A stretch of 63,864 nucleotides of DNA, counting the filler, from Octopus bimaculoides (taxonomy: Eukaryota), in the NCBI RefSeq assembly GCF_001194135.2. It is 5 parts of 5 records of this genome, joined end to end, with 100 filler letters (N's around TTAATTAATTAA, not from the genome) between each part and the next. Parts side by side here need not be neighbours in the genome. Positions count along the whole stretch, not along the records: positions 23,278 to 52,716 come from NC_069003.1; 4 more parts are not named here. One strand, 5' to 3'. This document shows positions 23,693-37,500 of the stretch, piece after piece. The notes beneath the pieces were generated by a model. The model had not been told where the DNA came from. It was given only the letters and a program-made list of their open reading frames with translations, and did no database searches. The position numbers were made by a program, and so were the translations under genes. How positions within the stretch are numbered: the stretch's first letter is position 1; the number at the start of each line of letters is the position of its first letter.

Positions 23693-24135
23693 CGGGTAGG
23701 ATATTCTTTTATTGAAACAGTTCATATTGCTGAAGGGAAGGTTTGTGCTGTTTATCCGGCAGCGTCTTCGATCTATGGTGCACTTCATGGAGTATACCGT
23801 ACTTGTATTTTGGGTGAGTTCATCAATGCAGTTTGGCGTTACGCAGACACAACCCAATACACCAGACGAAGTGCAGTTGCAATGGGGTACAAATGTTTCT
23901 GTTTTCATTCTGGATTTGCATTCACTTATTTCTTCATCAGACTTAAAGAACGTGGAATTACAGTAAAGCGCTGAACACAAAATGTATTTCGGGATTTCGA
24001 GCAAGCAATTGTAATGCACCTGATGGTCTACATATATGCGGTAAGGTGTTCCTTCTTTGGAGAACCAAAATTTCTCCAGCGTCATCTTAAAGTCATCAAG
24101 GAACACGTCAAAATAATTAGGATTAACTTTGGACA
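23693..24135 (-). CDS. PTCHD-like exon 11 of those found: luminal loop 2 with a 12-Cys insert
   Basis: 443 nt, phase 1 to 0. Acceptor ttttttctatgtcag; donor GTAAGT. Open over 147 codons (SKVNPNYFDVFLDDFKMTLEKFWFSKEGTPYRIY...NKRISYP). Confidence 0.85.
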
Positions 24136-24178
24136 CTGACATAGAAAAAAAAAAAATACACAAAAATAGAATATAATT

Positions 24179-24209
<31 letters not shown>

Positions 24210-24230
24210 GCAAGTAAGTATATGTATATG

Positions 24231-24269
<39 letters not shown>

Positions 24270-27200
24270 TGGCTGTAAGGGCTTTTTAGCTCTTATTCCT
24301 AGAAATGTAGGTGCTGCTCTGTACCCTCAGCCATAACTAGTGACAAGTGGATTTTCCCTTTTTTGGTTTTATATTGCATAGTTGAGTTATTTAAAAGAAA
24401 GTTGGTCTTCTGTTGGTTGTTTTTCCTCGCATTCGGTACTAAATGTGTTTATTTTGGGAAGTCCAGTGTGTGGCATTATTCTGTAGTAATGCCCCTTATA
24501 TAAATATNNNNNNNNNNNNNNNNNNNNNNNNNNNNNNNNNNNNNNNNNNNNNNNNNNNNNNNNNNNNNNNNNNNNNNNNNNNNNNNNNNNNNNNNNNNNN
24601 NNNNNNNNNNNNNNNNNNNNNNNNNNNNNNNNNNNNNNNNNNNNNNNNNNNNNNNNNNNNNNNNNNNNNNNNNNNNNNNNNNNNNNNNNNNNNNNNNNNN
24701 NNNNNNNNNNNNNNNNNNNNNNNNNNNNNNNNNNNNNNNNNNNNNNNNNNNNNNNNNNNNNNNNNNNNNNNNNNNNNNNNNNNNNNNACAAGCAGGTGTA
24801 TTAGTTTGACGCTAAGGAAGGTGAGAAAGTCTTTTACGTTTCAAGCCTACGCTCTTCAACAGAAAGGAACATGATTTCTTTTATTTGTTTCAGTCATTTG
24901 ACTGTGGTCATGCTAAAGCACCACCTTTAGTCAAATATAGGTTGTTTTGTGATGGTGGAGTGACAAATACAGATATACAAATACACACACATATATGACG
25001 GGCTTCTTTCAGTTTCCGTCAACCAAATCCACTCACAAGGCTATGGTTGGCTCGAGGCTATAGTAGAAGACACTTGATTAGGGTACCATGCAGTGGGACT
25101 GAACCTGGAACCATGTGATTGGGAAACAAACTTCTTACCAGACAGCCAAACCTGTGCCTGTTTGTTTACCTCCCAATAATTTAGCAGTTCACTAAAGGAG
25201 ATCAACTGAATATTCTCTTTGTTCAATTAAAATTCTTCAAAGAAATACCATAGCATGGCTGCTGTCCAATGACTGAAACCAGTAAAAGATAAAATGAAGA
25301 TTATGATGAAAGGTAAGTTAATGTCCCACTCTTACCCACCCTGCAATCTGAAGAAAAAAGAAAAAGAAGGAAAAAAATGTATGTCAAACATGACTGACCA
25401 GACACATTGAAATTTTGTTCTTTACACCATTGAAGAAATCCTGTTAACCAGTTGACTGTGTAATCTTTCAATACATAAGAACTCTGAGACAGGTCATATG
25501 CCATCTTTTGATAAGCATTTTGATCCACACTATAGGTAAGGCTCTCTGCAAGAAGCAAGAAAACAGTTCAAATAATAAATAAATAAATAAAGAAAGAAAG
25601 AGAAGAAAGAAGGAAAGGAAGGAAGTATGGAAAGAGAGAAAAGAGAAAGAAAGTGTTGTGGCGGACACCTCCAATTGAGAAGTGGGCTGTTCCACTACTG
25701 ATAAATAGTGGACAGACACAACAAACAGTGTCAGTCAGCGAGGTATGCCGTTCAGGCCAGTCACACAGACGATGAAATAGGTCGTCATAATGCGGGACAT
25801 ATCAGTGGTGAGAAAGATTAGAACTTCAAGCAGTGAAAAATATCAAAAATCCCAAAGTAGGATTTGAACTACACACTGAAAAATTTGACGAAACTGAACT
25901 ATGCACAGTAAAAAATAATAAACACAGTGAAAAATATATGAAGTATTTTAGTCAAGTTGCTATGTGTTAGTAGCGCTACCAGTAAACAATGTAGACTGGT
26001 AATACCTGTGGCATTCTGAAGAGGAAAATAATTCTGTATGGAAGAAAAATAATAATAATGATAAGTCCGTGTGAAGAATTTTAGTCAGGTCACTATGTGT
26101 TTGTAGAGCCACTGGTAAACAATGTAGACTGGTACTACCTGCGGCAGTCTGAAGAGAAAAATAATTATGTGCGGAAGAAAAAAAAAAATAATTAAAAAAA
26201 TAATAATAAAAATAATAATAATAAAAATAATAATAATGATAATAATAATATAAGTTCAGGTGAAGGATTTTAGTCAGGTCACTATGTGTTTGTAGAGCCA
26301 CTGGTAAACAATGTAGACTGGTACTACCTANNNNNNNNNNNNNNNNNNNNNNNNNNNNNNNNNNNNNNNNNNNNNNNNNNNNNNNNNNNNNNNNNNNNNN
26401 NNNNNNNNNNNNNNNNNNNNNNNNNNNNNNNNNNNNNNNNNNNNNNNNNNNNNNNNNNAATAATAATAAAAATAATAATAATAAAAATAATAATAATGAT
26501 AATAATAATATAAGTTCAGGTGAAGGATTTTAGTCAGGTCACTATGTGTTTGTAGAGCCACTGGTAAACAATGTAGACTGGTACTACCTAAGGCATTCTG
26601 AAAAAAATAATAATGTGTGAAAAAAGAAAAAAATCTCAAAGTGGGGAGGTGTTGTGGTGGACACCCCCAACTGAGAAGTGGGCTGTTCCACTACTGGTAA
26701 ATAGCGGACAGACACAGCAAAGTGTCGGTGAGCGAGGTACACTGTTTGGACCAGTCATGCAGACAATGAAATACGTCATCATAATGTGGGACATATCAGA
26801 AAGAGAGAGAGAGAGAAAGAAACCTGTATAGAGAGCTGTATATAGAGAAAAACTACTGATGAGAAATATTTGTCATGCAAGGGCAGGCTGAAAAGTTCAA
26901 TGGCTGACTATGAAGGAGTGATGCTAGAGCTGTGAAATCTTGCATGCATTCATTTCCATTCTCCTTATTAATAACTGCATTGTTTCTTTCCAGGTAAACT
27001 GATATCCAACTGATTAAAGAAGATTTCAAAAGTAACTAGTCGTAGTACTTCTCTTGAAAATGGACAAATTTGGCATTATCGTATTATCAAGTATCTGCAG
27101 AGAAAAAGGTTTGGCCTCCAATGACATTCATGTTGACATGGTTGCTACATTAGGAGATGACACTTTAGCTTTATCAACAGTGCAAAAGTGGACAACTAAA

Positions 27201-28487
27201 TTTAGGAGGGGAAGGGAAAGTCTTGAACATGACCCAATATCTAGACGTCCTGCAACTTCTAACACTGAGAAAATCATTGATCATGTTCACCACAAGGTGA
27301 TGGATGACAGGCAATTGACTGTAAATCAAATAGCCAATGCTTTTAGCAGATCCTATAAGTGTTGAGAATATTCTGCACAATGAACCTCGCATGACAAAGA
27401 TTTTTGCTCAGTGCATATCACATCTTTTGACACTTGATCAAAAGTGCACCAGATTGATAACATCGCAAGAAAATCTGACTTTGTTTGAGCCAGACCCAGC
27501 TGGTTTCCTTGAACATTTTCTATGCCAGAATGAGTGTTGGGTTCATCACTTTCAACCATAGACAAAGAGACAATTCATGCAGTGGAAACATCCCTCCTCA
27601 CTTGCTCCAAAGAAGGTCATGGCTGTTTCATCACCAGGGAAGGTGATAGCCTCAGTATTTTGGGATGCAAAAGACATTGCATTTATTGACTTTCTTCAAA
27701 AGGGCCACAGCATTAATAGAGAGTACTATGCCAACATGGGAAACTAATGAAAGGGGTCGTTGGTTTCAAAGGCTGCAGTGCATAACTGTGGCTCTGAACT
27801 TCCCTATTCACTTGATTTGACCCCATCTGACTATCATGTGTTCCCCAACATGGAAACACACTTGGCTGTGAGCCAGTGTCACAGTGATGATGACATCATA
27901 TCTACATATCTACTGTTGACTTTTTTTGATCAACAAGATGAAAGGTTTTTCACCAATGGGATCCAAGCACTGCAATGTCAAATAATGATGATTCCAGACA
28001 ATAACATGAGACAGTGAGATTATTGTTTACCGTCAAGTTAACTAATTGAATAGAGCATATGATTGAGGTTATTCCAGCTGTAACCATCCTGCTTTATATA
28101 TTTCGAAAATATTTTACGGAGTGACGACCATGCCCTGCATAGTTATGGGCCGCCCTTTGGCAAGGCGTAGCCCCTGTTCAGCCACCATGTCAGAGATATG
28201 GCAAAGTAATAGGACTGCAGCATGGCAGACTGTAACGAGGTAGCAGAAGAGCTCAACCGAGCCAATGGTACTTGTTACATTGATGTTGAGTGAAGGAATC
28301 CTAGAAGATCAAAAGTCAGGATCACCAAGCTCTATCAAGAGAGTAACTGCATCCATAAAGGTTGTATCCATGGTTGTGTAATCAGTTAATGAAAGATTCA
28401 TTATGACACAAGATCCCAATTCAAATTCATAATAATGGAATTGGATGGTGACAGAGAGCCATGGGAATTTGAAAAAGCAATGAAAAA

Positions 28488-28529
<42 letters not shown>

Positions 28530-31500
28530 NNNNNNNNNNNNNNNNNNNNNNNNNNNNNNNNNNNNNNNNNNNNNNNNNNNNNNNNNNNNNNNNNNNNNNN
28601 NNNNNNNNNNNNNNNNNNNNNNNNNNNNNNNNNNNNNNNNNNNNNNNNNNNNNNNNNNNNNNNNNNNNNNNNNNNNNNNNNNNNNNNNNNNNNNNNNNNN
28701 NNNNNNNNNNNNNNNNNGATATTCAGCGTGACACAGAGAGTGACAAGGCTGACCCTTTGAATTACAGGCACAACAGAAACAGGAAGTAAGAGTGAGAGAA
28801 AGTTGTGGTGGAAGAGTACAGCAGGGTTCGCCACCATCCCCTGCCGGAGCCTCGTGGAGCTTTAGGTGTTTTCGCTCAATAAACACTCACAACGCCCGGT
28901 CTGGGAATTGAAACCGTGATCCTATGACCACAAGTCCGCTGCCCTAACCACTGGGCCATTGCGCCTCCATATATATATATACATATAATAACCATGCCCA
29001 AAGAACTTATTTTTTTGAACTCCTTTGATACCAACCCACCTAAGGCTGCTTCTAGTTCTAGATACAGACTTCCTGGGTTGAAGATGTAAATTAAATCTTC
29101 CATCAAAATTTCATGTTAATTCATGTTCCACCCTCTAATGACAAAAATATTTTACTAAATTCTTCATTATTTTCAAAATTATAGAAACAAAGGCAGTATA
29201 TTTGAGCAGGATCATCATCATTATCCTTTAACGTATGTTTCCATGCTGGCATGGGTTGGACAGTTTGACCAGAGTTGGTAAAGCTAGACGGCTGCACCAG
29301 GTTCCAGTCTGATTAGGTATAGTTTCTAAAGCAGGATGCCCTTTCTAATGCTAACCACTTTAAAGTGTGTACTGGGTACTTTTAACATGGCACCAGCATA
29401 AGTGCTTTTACATGGCACTGATGTGAGTGCTTTTCATGTGGTACTAGTACAGGACTCTTGTAGGCCAATCCTCTTCATCAGGAGGAGTGGCCTTAACACT
29501 TCTGCTGTAGAGGACGGGTCTTCTTGAATACAACAAGGCACCAGGTATCTCAGTCCTTTGTCATCTCATCCTGAAAGATTCAGCATCCTGAGGTTGTCCT
29601 TTAGTACCTCATCCCATGTCTTGTTGGATTTTCCTCTTCCATGAGTTTCATCCACTTTGAGAGACCAGCACTTCATAATGGAACTTCAGCAGGTAATAAA
29701 AACATTGAAGTGATCTAAATTAACTTTCTACAAGTATTGTCCTCTCCTTTGACTGCAAAGAGATACATAAAAAAATCCCAACATTTCCAGCTTGACCAGG
29801 GCTGAACACAAAAGGAGCAATGTTGGGCCAGCAAAGGACTTTAAAATTAAATAAAATAATGAAAAGTGACTTACTACAGTAAACATCAACTTTATTTGTT
29901 GAGAAATATTTTTCATCCTTCAGAAAGTAACGATAGTATGGAGCATTAGTCGCATACATGACGCGTTGCCAGTTGGTGTCTGTCTCAAGTTGCGATAGGC
30001 TCCAAGCGCAGATGGCCAGTATCAGAAATGTCAAAATAATAACAAAAATCTAAAATACAAATGGGTGGAGAAAAGATATAGAGAATCAATACAGAAACAC
30101 AAAAGACACACACACATATGTGCATATAATAAGCACGGGCATGGCTGTGTGGTTAAGAAGCATGCTTCCAACTATGTGACCTCAGATTCAGTCCCACTGT
30201 CTGGCACCTTGGGTGTCTTATACTATAGCTCCAGACTGACAAAAGCTTTGACTGAATTTGGTAGAGAGAAACTAAAAGAAACTTGTCATATGCATACACG
30301 TGTGTGTGTGTGTGCGCGCGCGCGTGTGTGTGTACCCTTGTCTTCACATCATGTAATGGCAATAAACAAGCATTCTCATACAAGTAATGTTCTTGGTTTC
30401 CAGTCTTCGATGAAAACCATGAAGAAATGTTACCTAGCTTGGAAAGTGGCTAAGGTTGGTGACAGGAAAGGCATCTGGCCATAAAAAAGAAATCTGCTTC
30501 AATGAATTACATCTGACACATGCAAGCATAGAAAAGTGGATGCTAAAATAATGATGGTGATGTATATATTAGTGACAGAGGCAGAGAGTCCATCATTGAC
30601 AAGACCAAGGAAGGTCAAAATCATGTGATCTGATGGTCTCAGTGCAGGAGGTGGCTGGGATTTATCTCATGGCATCTACCACAGTATAGTTTGTCCTAAC
30701 AAAACAACCACATTTAAGTCAGGATAAATATTACCTTATGGTATTAATACCACCTCTGTAGCTAATATATATATTTTTGAATGAGCTCACTGGCTGATCA
30801 CAAGACCAGCGCCTGTTCTGGCACTGTCAATCTATATGTCACTGGCAGGGAAGTGAGTCGCTGCTGTCTCTAGCAGTTGAGCATCCATCATTGATAAGAC
30901 TAAGGAAAGTCGAAATCACATGATCTGGTGGTCTCAGTGCTGGAGGTTGCAGGGATTTATCTCCTCGTGAGTAACATAAACAAGAATGTATTTTGCACCA
31001 AAAGCCAATATGAGAGTTTCTCTCATGATATCGACCACAGTATAGTCTGTTCTAACAGAACATCCATGTTTATGTGGGGATAAATGGTGATGATATATAA
31101 ATGGTGATGATATATGTAAATCATCATCAATGCTTTAACACCCACTTTTCCATGCTTGAAAAGGTTGGACAGAATCTATCGAGGCAGACTTAGTATGTCT
31201 TGATATGCTTCCTGTCACTAATACTCACCTGTTTCCAAGCAAGGTAACATTTCCCCATGACCAAATGTTTTCATAGAAGATGCACACATATAAGAGCATA
31301 CATAGATGTAGTCCCACATCTTAAAAGACAAGATGGTCACAGTTAGAATGCCTTTGATTATAGGTGTGTTTAAAAAAAGCAGCAAGAACAACAGGTGAAT
31401 TTGGTAAATGAAAATTATGCGGAAGTCCATCATATACACAGCTGTCCCTCTATCATACTTTATCCTCTCACCCTCCCTCTCTACTACAACCCTACTCAGT

Positions 31501-34500
31501 AAGGGTATTTTCTTTGTTTTGCAAGTTACTTGGCAACCTCACTAGTGCTGGTGTCAGAAAAAAAGCACAGAATAGATTGCACATTATGTAAAGGAGATGA
31601 CATTTAGAGTGGCATCCAGCTGTAGAAACCATGCTAAAAACTTGGATGGACGTCAAAGCAGTCCCACAGTTTGCTGGATCTTGTCAAACCATCCAACCCA
31701 TGCTAGCATGGAAGACAGACATTAAATGATGATGAGATGACAAGGGACTGAGACTTGTGGCAATTTGCTGTACTTGAGAAGACATGTCAAGCTAAGTAAA
31801 ATCACGACCATACATACATACAAGTATGCCCTTTATGGCCATGCCCCTCATTCACTCTCCCAGCTGTCTTTGTCTTGCAGGTGCCAGTGCCACATAAAAT
31901 GCACTCATGCTGGTGCCATGTAAAGGCACCAATGTCAGTGGCATGTAAAAAGCACCCAGCACACTCTGTAAAGTGGCTGGCGTTAGGAAGGGCATTGAGA
32001 TGTAGAAACCATGCCAAAACTGACAAACTCTTTAAGGTGATGTCCCAAAATGGTCACAGTCCAATGCTGAGACCCCTTTCGGTCATGACTGACCATGGGA
32101 TTGCACCTAGAAAGTCACCCTCCCAAGCACAAGTCCAGGCAAGGTTGTTTATGGAAGACCAGCAGTCGCCCATGCATACCGGCCTCCCCTCTTCACACCA
32201 CTGATGTTATCAAAGGGAAAGGCAAAGGGGCCGATACAGCTTGGCACCTGTGACGTCGCAACTCATTTCTACATCTGAGTGAACTGGAGCAACGTGAAAT
32301 AAAGTGTCTTGCTCAAGAACACAACACACAGCCCGGTCCGGCATTCGAACTCACAACCTCACGATCATAAGCTCAACACTCTAACCACTGAGCCATGCAC
32401 CTTCACTACAGTCCAATGACTGAAACAAATAAAAGATAAAATAAAAGATAAAATAAAAGATACACTTACCTTAACAGGTTTTTTACTAAGATATCTCTTT
32501 GCACCTTTGTAGAAAATTATTTTCAGTACTTCCTTCTCACTGCATTTATTTGGTGTGTAGTCAGTGTGTTTGTAGCAGCAGAACAACCCATCTCGGTTGT
32601 CTAAAACTCGCCGTAAATCAATAGACATGCAACTTGCAAAGAATGTAATTTGCATTATATAGATGCACAGGATTCCAATGCAGTTGTAAAGGCAAAATGT
32701 CCGTAGACCTGGAAATGCCTAGAACAAGAAAGATGGAAAGAAAATTTGCATGTTAGTATATATTTGAATATAAACTGAATTAAAGAAATCAATTATTATC
32801 CCTTTTGGTGCCAGTGACACGTAAAAGACACCTGTGCTGGTGATATGTAAAAGGCACCCATTCTGGTGACACAGAAAAGGCACTCATGCCAGTGATATGC
32901 AAAAGGCATCCAGCACAATCTGTGGAATGGTTGGCATTAGGGAAGACCTCCAGCTGTAGAAACCAAGTCAAAACAGACTGGAGCTTGGTGCAGTGCTCTG
33001 GTTTACCAATTCCAGTCAAACCATCTAACCAATGCTAGCATGGAAAATGGACACCAAAAGATGATGATGGTTTCTGTTGACATACAGTGCAGTTAAGTCA
33101 GGTAATTTTGCAAGTAAGGAAGAATTTAGTCATATAACTTTGTTGTTACTATTAAGTTAGTGTTTGAAACATAACATGGAATTTTGATGGAGGAAGGCCC
33201 TTCAAATGCATCTGAAAGGCTTTAATGTATGGATAAAAACTGTATAGTATGTAGGATGAACCCACAGGTTAACTGTAAGTTTAGGAACATCGTCTATAGC
33301 AGAAAGGGATAGTGCAGAAACAGGACACTAAAATAGGAATAATGACAATATAACTGAAGTGAAGAATGAGTATATAGTACATGTGGTTAATTGGCAAAAA
33401 AAAAAAAAAAATGACCATCCAACTCCAAACTGTATGCTTATTGTCTTTATGGACATATGACAGTCTTCATCCAGAAAAATGTGAATTTCCTCCAACCAGC
33501 TCTGATGTTCTGACATCCCTCTCACTCCCACACCTCTCACCTGCTCTCTACCATCCTTGAACCTCTTGTAACCACAAAAGACAGATACTCAGCTCATACA
33601 AGTTAATCCAACATGCATTTGATCACAAGAAGCAAATTATTTGTGCAAGTTTTTCAGCAAAAACTGAACACTCATATTCCCAGATTGATAGAGTATCNNN
33701 NNNNNNNNNNNNNNNNNNNNNNNNNNNNNNNNNNNNNNNNNNNNNNNNNNNNNNNNNNNNNNNNNNNNNNNNNNNNNNNNNNNNNNNNNNNNNNNNNNNN
33801 NNNNNNNNNNNNNNNNNNNNNNNNNNNNNNNNNNNNNNNNNNNNNNNNNNNNNNNNNNNNNNNNNNNNNNNNNNNNNNNNNNNNNNNNNNNNNNNNNNNN
33901 NNNNNNNNNNNNNNNNNNNNNNNNNNNNNNNNNNNNNNNNNNNNNNNNNNNNNNNNNNNNNNNNNNNNNNNNNNNNNNNNNNNNNNNNNNNNNNNNNNNN
34001 NNNNNNNNNNNNNNNNNNNNNNNNNTACGGGGACGTAAACACACCAGCATCGGTTGTCAAGCGATGTTGGGGACGACGACGTCACAAACACAAACACACA
34101 CATACATATATACGACGGGCTTCTTTCAGTTTCCGTCTACCAAATCCACTCACAAGGCTTTGGTCGGCCCGAGGCTATAGTAGAAGACACTTGTTCAAGG
34201 TGCCACGCAGTGGGAATGAACCCGGAACCATGTGGTTGGTAAGCAAGCTACTTACCACACAGCCACTCCTGGTTGTTGAATATTCACAGAAGGCTATGTA
34301 TTTTGTCTGACCTCCAGGTCTTACACTAACCATTTCTTCTTCTCAGTCCTTCTTTTATCATCATTTAACATCCATTTTCCATGCTGGCATGGGATGGATG
34401 GTGCAACAAGAGCTGGCTAACCAGAGGACTGAGCCATGCTCTACCGTTTGGGTTGTCATGGTTTCTACAACTGGATGCATTTCCTAACACCAACCTTTTT

Positions 34501-37500
34501 ACTATCTTGTCTTGTAATGATATTCACCCGGGAAGGGTTAAGCCAGCTGCTATTGAGTTCACCATGTAAAAGATCCATGCACATCTGTTGGCAGCTGATT
34601 CTGCAGTGTGTTAAAGCCATTCCTGGTTCCAGCGATGAACACCAAAGACTTGAAGGCCATGTCCACCTTGACTGACATCTTCAGCTGACCATCTCTCCAC
34701 TTACACCATCCTAAAGGAGGATCTGGTGCTATTGCCTTCTGGATGAGCTCGTCATGGGGGCATCACAATGTCACCAAACCACCATAGTCTCCTCGTAGTG
34801 TAGTGGGTGCTTTTTACATGGTATCAGTACCAATGAGGCCACTGAGTAGCTTGCAAGACAAAGGCCCCCTCGTCTGAGGGGGGGGGGGGGGGAGATTGTT
34901 ATACCCTGGGAATTCCCCTTCCCCTACCTACTCTCCTCTGTTCAAGTGTTTGCTGTAGATATTAATAATTTGCTCACCTGGAGCCAAATGACAACAACAA
35001 CAACCTACCGAAGTGGCTCCAATTGCAAAAGCAGTAATGTCACTCAATGTTGTGATAGTGATTGATATGCCTGCATGCTTCATAATGAGACCAATTTGTT
35101 CAGGTACAGGACGCTGTTTTTCCAAATTCGAGAGGTTGTTTAGTGCTCCAAGAATCACAAACATGTCATCTATACCAATCCCTGAAACAGTAAAAGGAAT
35201 ATAAATAAAGAACTGTGGAGGCACATGACTTGGTGGTTAGTGCATTGGACTCATGATCATAAGATTGTGGTTTCGATTCCTAGACTGGGCAATGTGTTGT
35301 GTTCTTGAGCAAGACACTTCATTTCATTTTGCTTCAGTCCACTCAGCTGGTAAAAATGAGTAATCCTGTGACAGGAAAGCATCCTGTCCAGGGAGGAATA
35401 TATACACCAGAGAAACCAGTAAACAGGATCTATGCTTCTTACAGATTAATGTGAACTAATCAAATAAATAATTAAGTCTATAAGAAATAATGATGATTGG
35501 TTTAATATTGATTTATAGTGTTTAGACAGTAGATAGTTGAGTTACTCCAGCTATACAGAAGTGTCACGAGTGTTCAAACTGGAAAGGTTTTTATCTATAT
35601 TGCTAATGGAAGAGACTGTAGCTTACTTTAATACAATTTGTTTTTTTTAAATATCATATGATATCTATGATTCATAGGGAAATGCTTATTTATTTTTCTT
35701 TTACTTGTTTCCGTCATTTGATTGTAGCCATGCTGGAACACTGTCTTTAATTCTATGTAATGACTTTAAAAACTTCTTTTTTTTAAATCCTCATTTTGCA
35801 AAGAATGAAAAGCTGTACAATGAATAATGGTAGGAAGGAGTTCATCAACATATGGAAAGAGTTAAGTGTAGATATCACTCCAAGCATAGCTAATTTATTA
35901 AATATAACTCTAATAAATGCAGCCATTGTAGTAAACTTAACAAGAAATTACAGTATATTAATATGCAGCATTAATATAGCCACAGGCGTGGTTGTGTGGT
36001 AAGAAGTTTGCTACCCAATCACATGGTTCTGGGTTTAGTCCCACTGCATGGCATCTTGGACAATTGTCTTCTACTATAGCCTCAGGCCAACCAAAGCCTT
36101 GAGTGGATTTGGTAGACAGAAACTAAAAGAAGCCCATCGTATATGTGTGTGTGTGTGTGTGTATTTATGTGTGTGTGTGTGTCTTTGTGTCTGTATCTGT
36201 CTCCCACCATCACTTGACAACTGATGTTGGTGTGTTTACATCCTTGTTACTTAGCAGTTTGGCAAAAGCATCCGATACAACAAGTACTAGGCTTACAAAG
36301 AATAAGTTCCGAGGTCGATTTCTTTGACTTAAAATAAAACCTTTTAAGGCAATGCTCCAGCATGGCTGCAGTCAAATGAGTGGAACAAGAAAAAGAATAA
36401 AAGAAAAGTACAATCATCCTCCAATAATCCTTAAAAAATTCTTAACAAAATTACTAAACAGATATACAATTTTATACTGTAGCTTAGTAATTTTATTAAT
36501 ATTGGAATGAGCATTTAAACAGAGAGAATTATACCATATACTACTGGAATAGTCATTTAAACTATAGAGAGGATTATACCAGATGATAGTTTGTCTCCAA
36601 TTGTTGCATCTATGAATATTAGTGTGGCCTTTATGCAATGAATCTTATCTTTGAACCCACTTTTTTTAATGCATTGTTGTAATAATGAACAACATGGGTA
36701 AAATCCTCTCATATGATAAGCTGTATATGCACTTAATAAACTTATTAACTAAGTCTTCAAAGTTTACTGGAGGATGGTTAAAATATGTTAAGATACTGCA
36801 AATCTTTGTTAGGTTTACTATAAAAATGGTATTTAGCAAAGCCTAAAATCTAGAGACATATATAACAAATTAACTATGCTAATTTTTAAACCTAACTCTT
36901 TGTATATATTGATATCTTCTTCCTAACATCTTTCATTGTACAGCCAGTCATACATCACAAAATATGAGAAATCCATAATAACAACAAAGATTGAATTTCA
37001 CACGTGTATGTATGGGGGCGGATAGGTAGGTACAGGCATGGCCGTGTGGTTAAGAAGCTCACTTTGCAACCATGTGGTTTCAGGTTCAGTCTAATGTGTA
37101 TGTGTCTATATACATAGGTCTGCTCAGTCAGAGCTAATTGAGGACTAATTAACAAATGCACACCTGCACATTTTAATTAGAACTCCCTCCTATTCAGCTC
37201 TGATTGAACAGACTTATGATCAACAATATTCACATCTACGATCATTCAATTTTGACTTGCCTTCAGAATTACCTGAAGTTGTCTTAGAGTTGATGACCAA
37301 AACCAAAATTGAAGAAGGGTTAGTGAGAGAGGACTTACCAAGTAGAAGGAGGGCTAAAACCCTATTTAATGCTCCATAAGTGATGTTGAATAAACCACCA
37401 AGTCCAAGAGTAACAAAGAAACCAATTGCAACACACATGATGCCGACGAAAGCCAAACCTAACTGGAATAAAGCACAAACAACAGTTGATATATAATTGG

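Noticed and set aside
17730-23693. In-frame PTCHD-CUL3 fusion transcript
   Set aside because: A phase-0 donor joined to a phase-2 acceptor would frameshift.
25940-26610. Repeat-spacer-like array suggestive of CRISPR
   Set aside because: The context is eukaryotic, the repeats are ~70 bp and non-palindromic, the spacers are (AAT)n microsatellite, and there are no cas genes. It is explained as the interior of a TRIM-like element.
28880-28968. tRNA-like sequences with A and B boxes (also ~32320-32405, 35216-35290, 54515-54610)
   Set aside because: They are SINE heads continuing into repeated bodies, and no complete cloverleaf with paired acceptor stem is evident.
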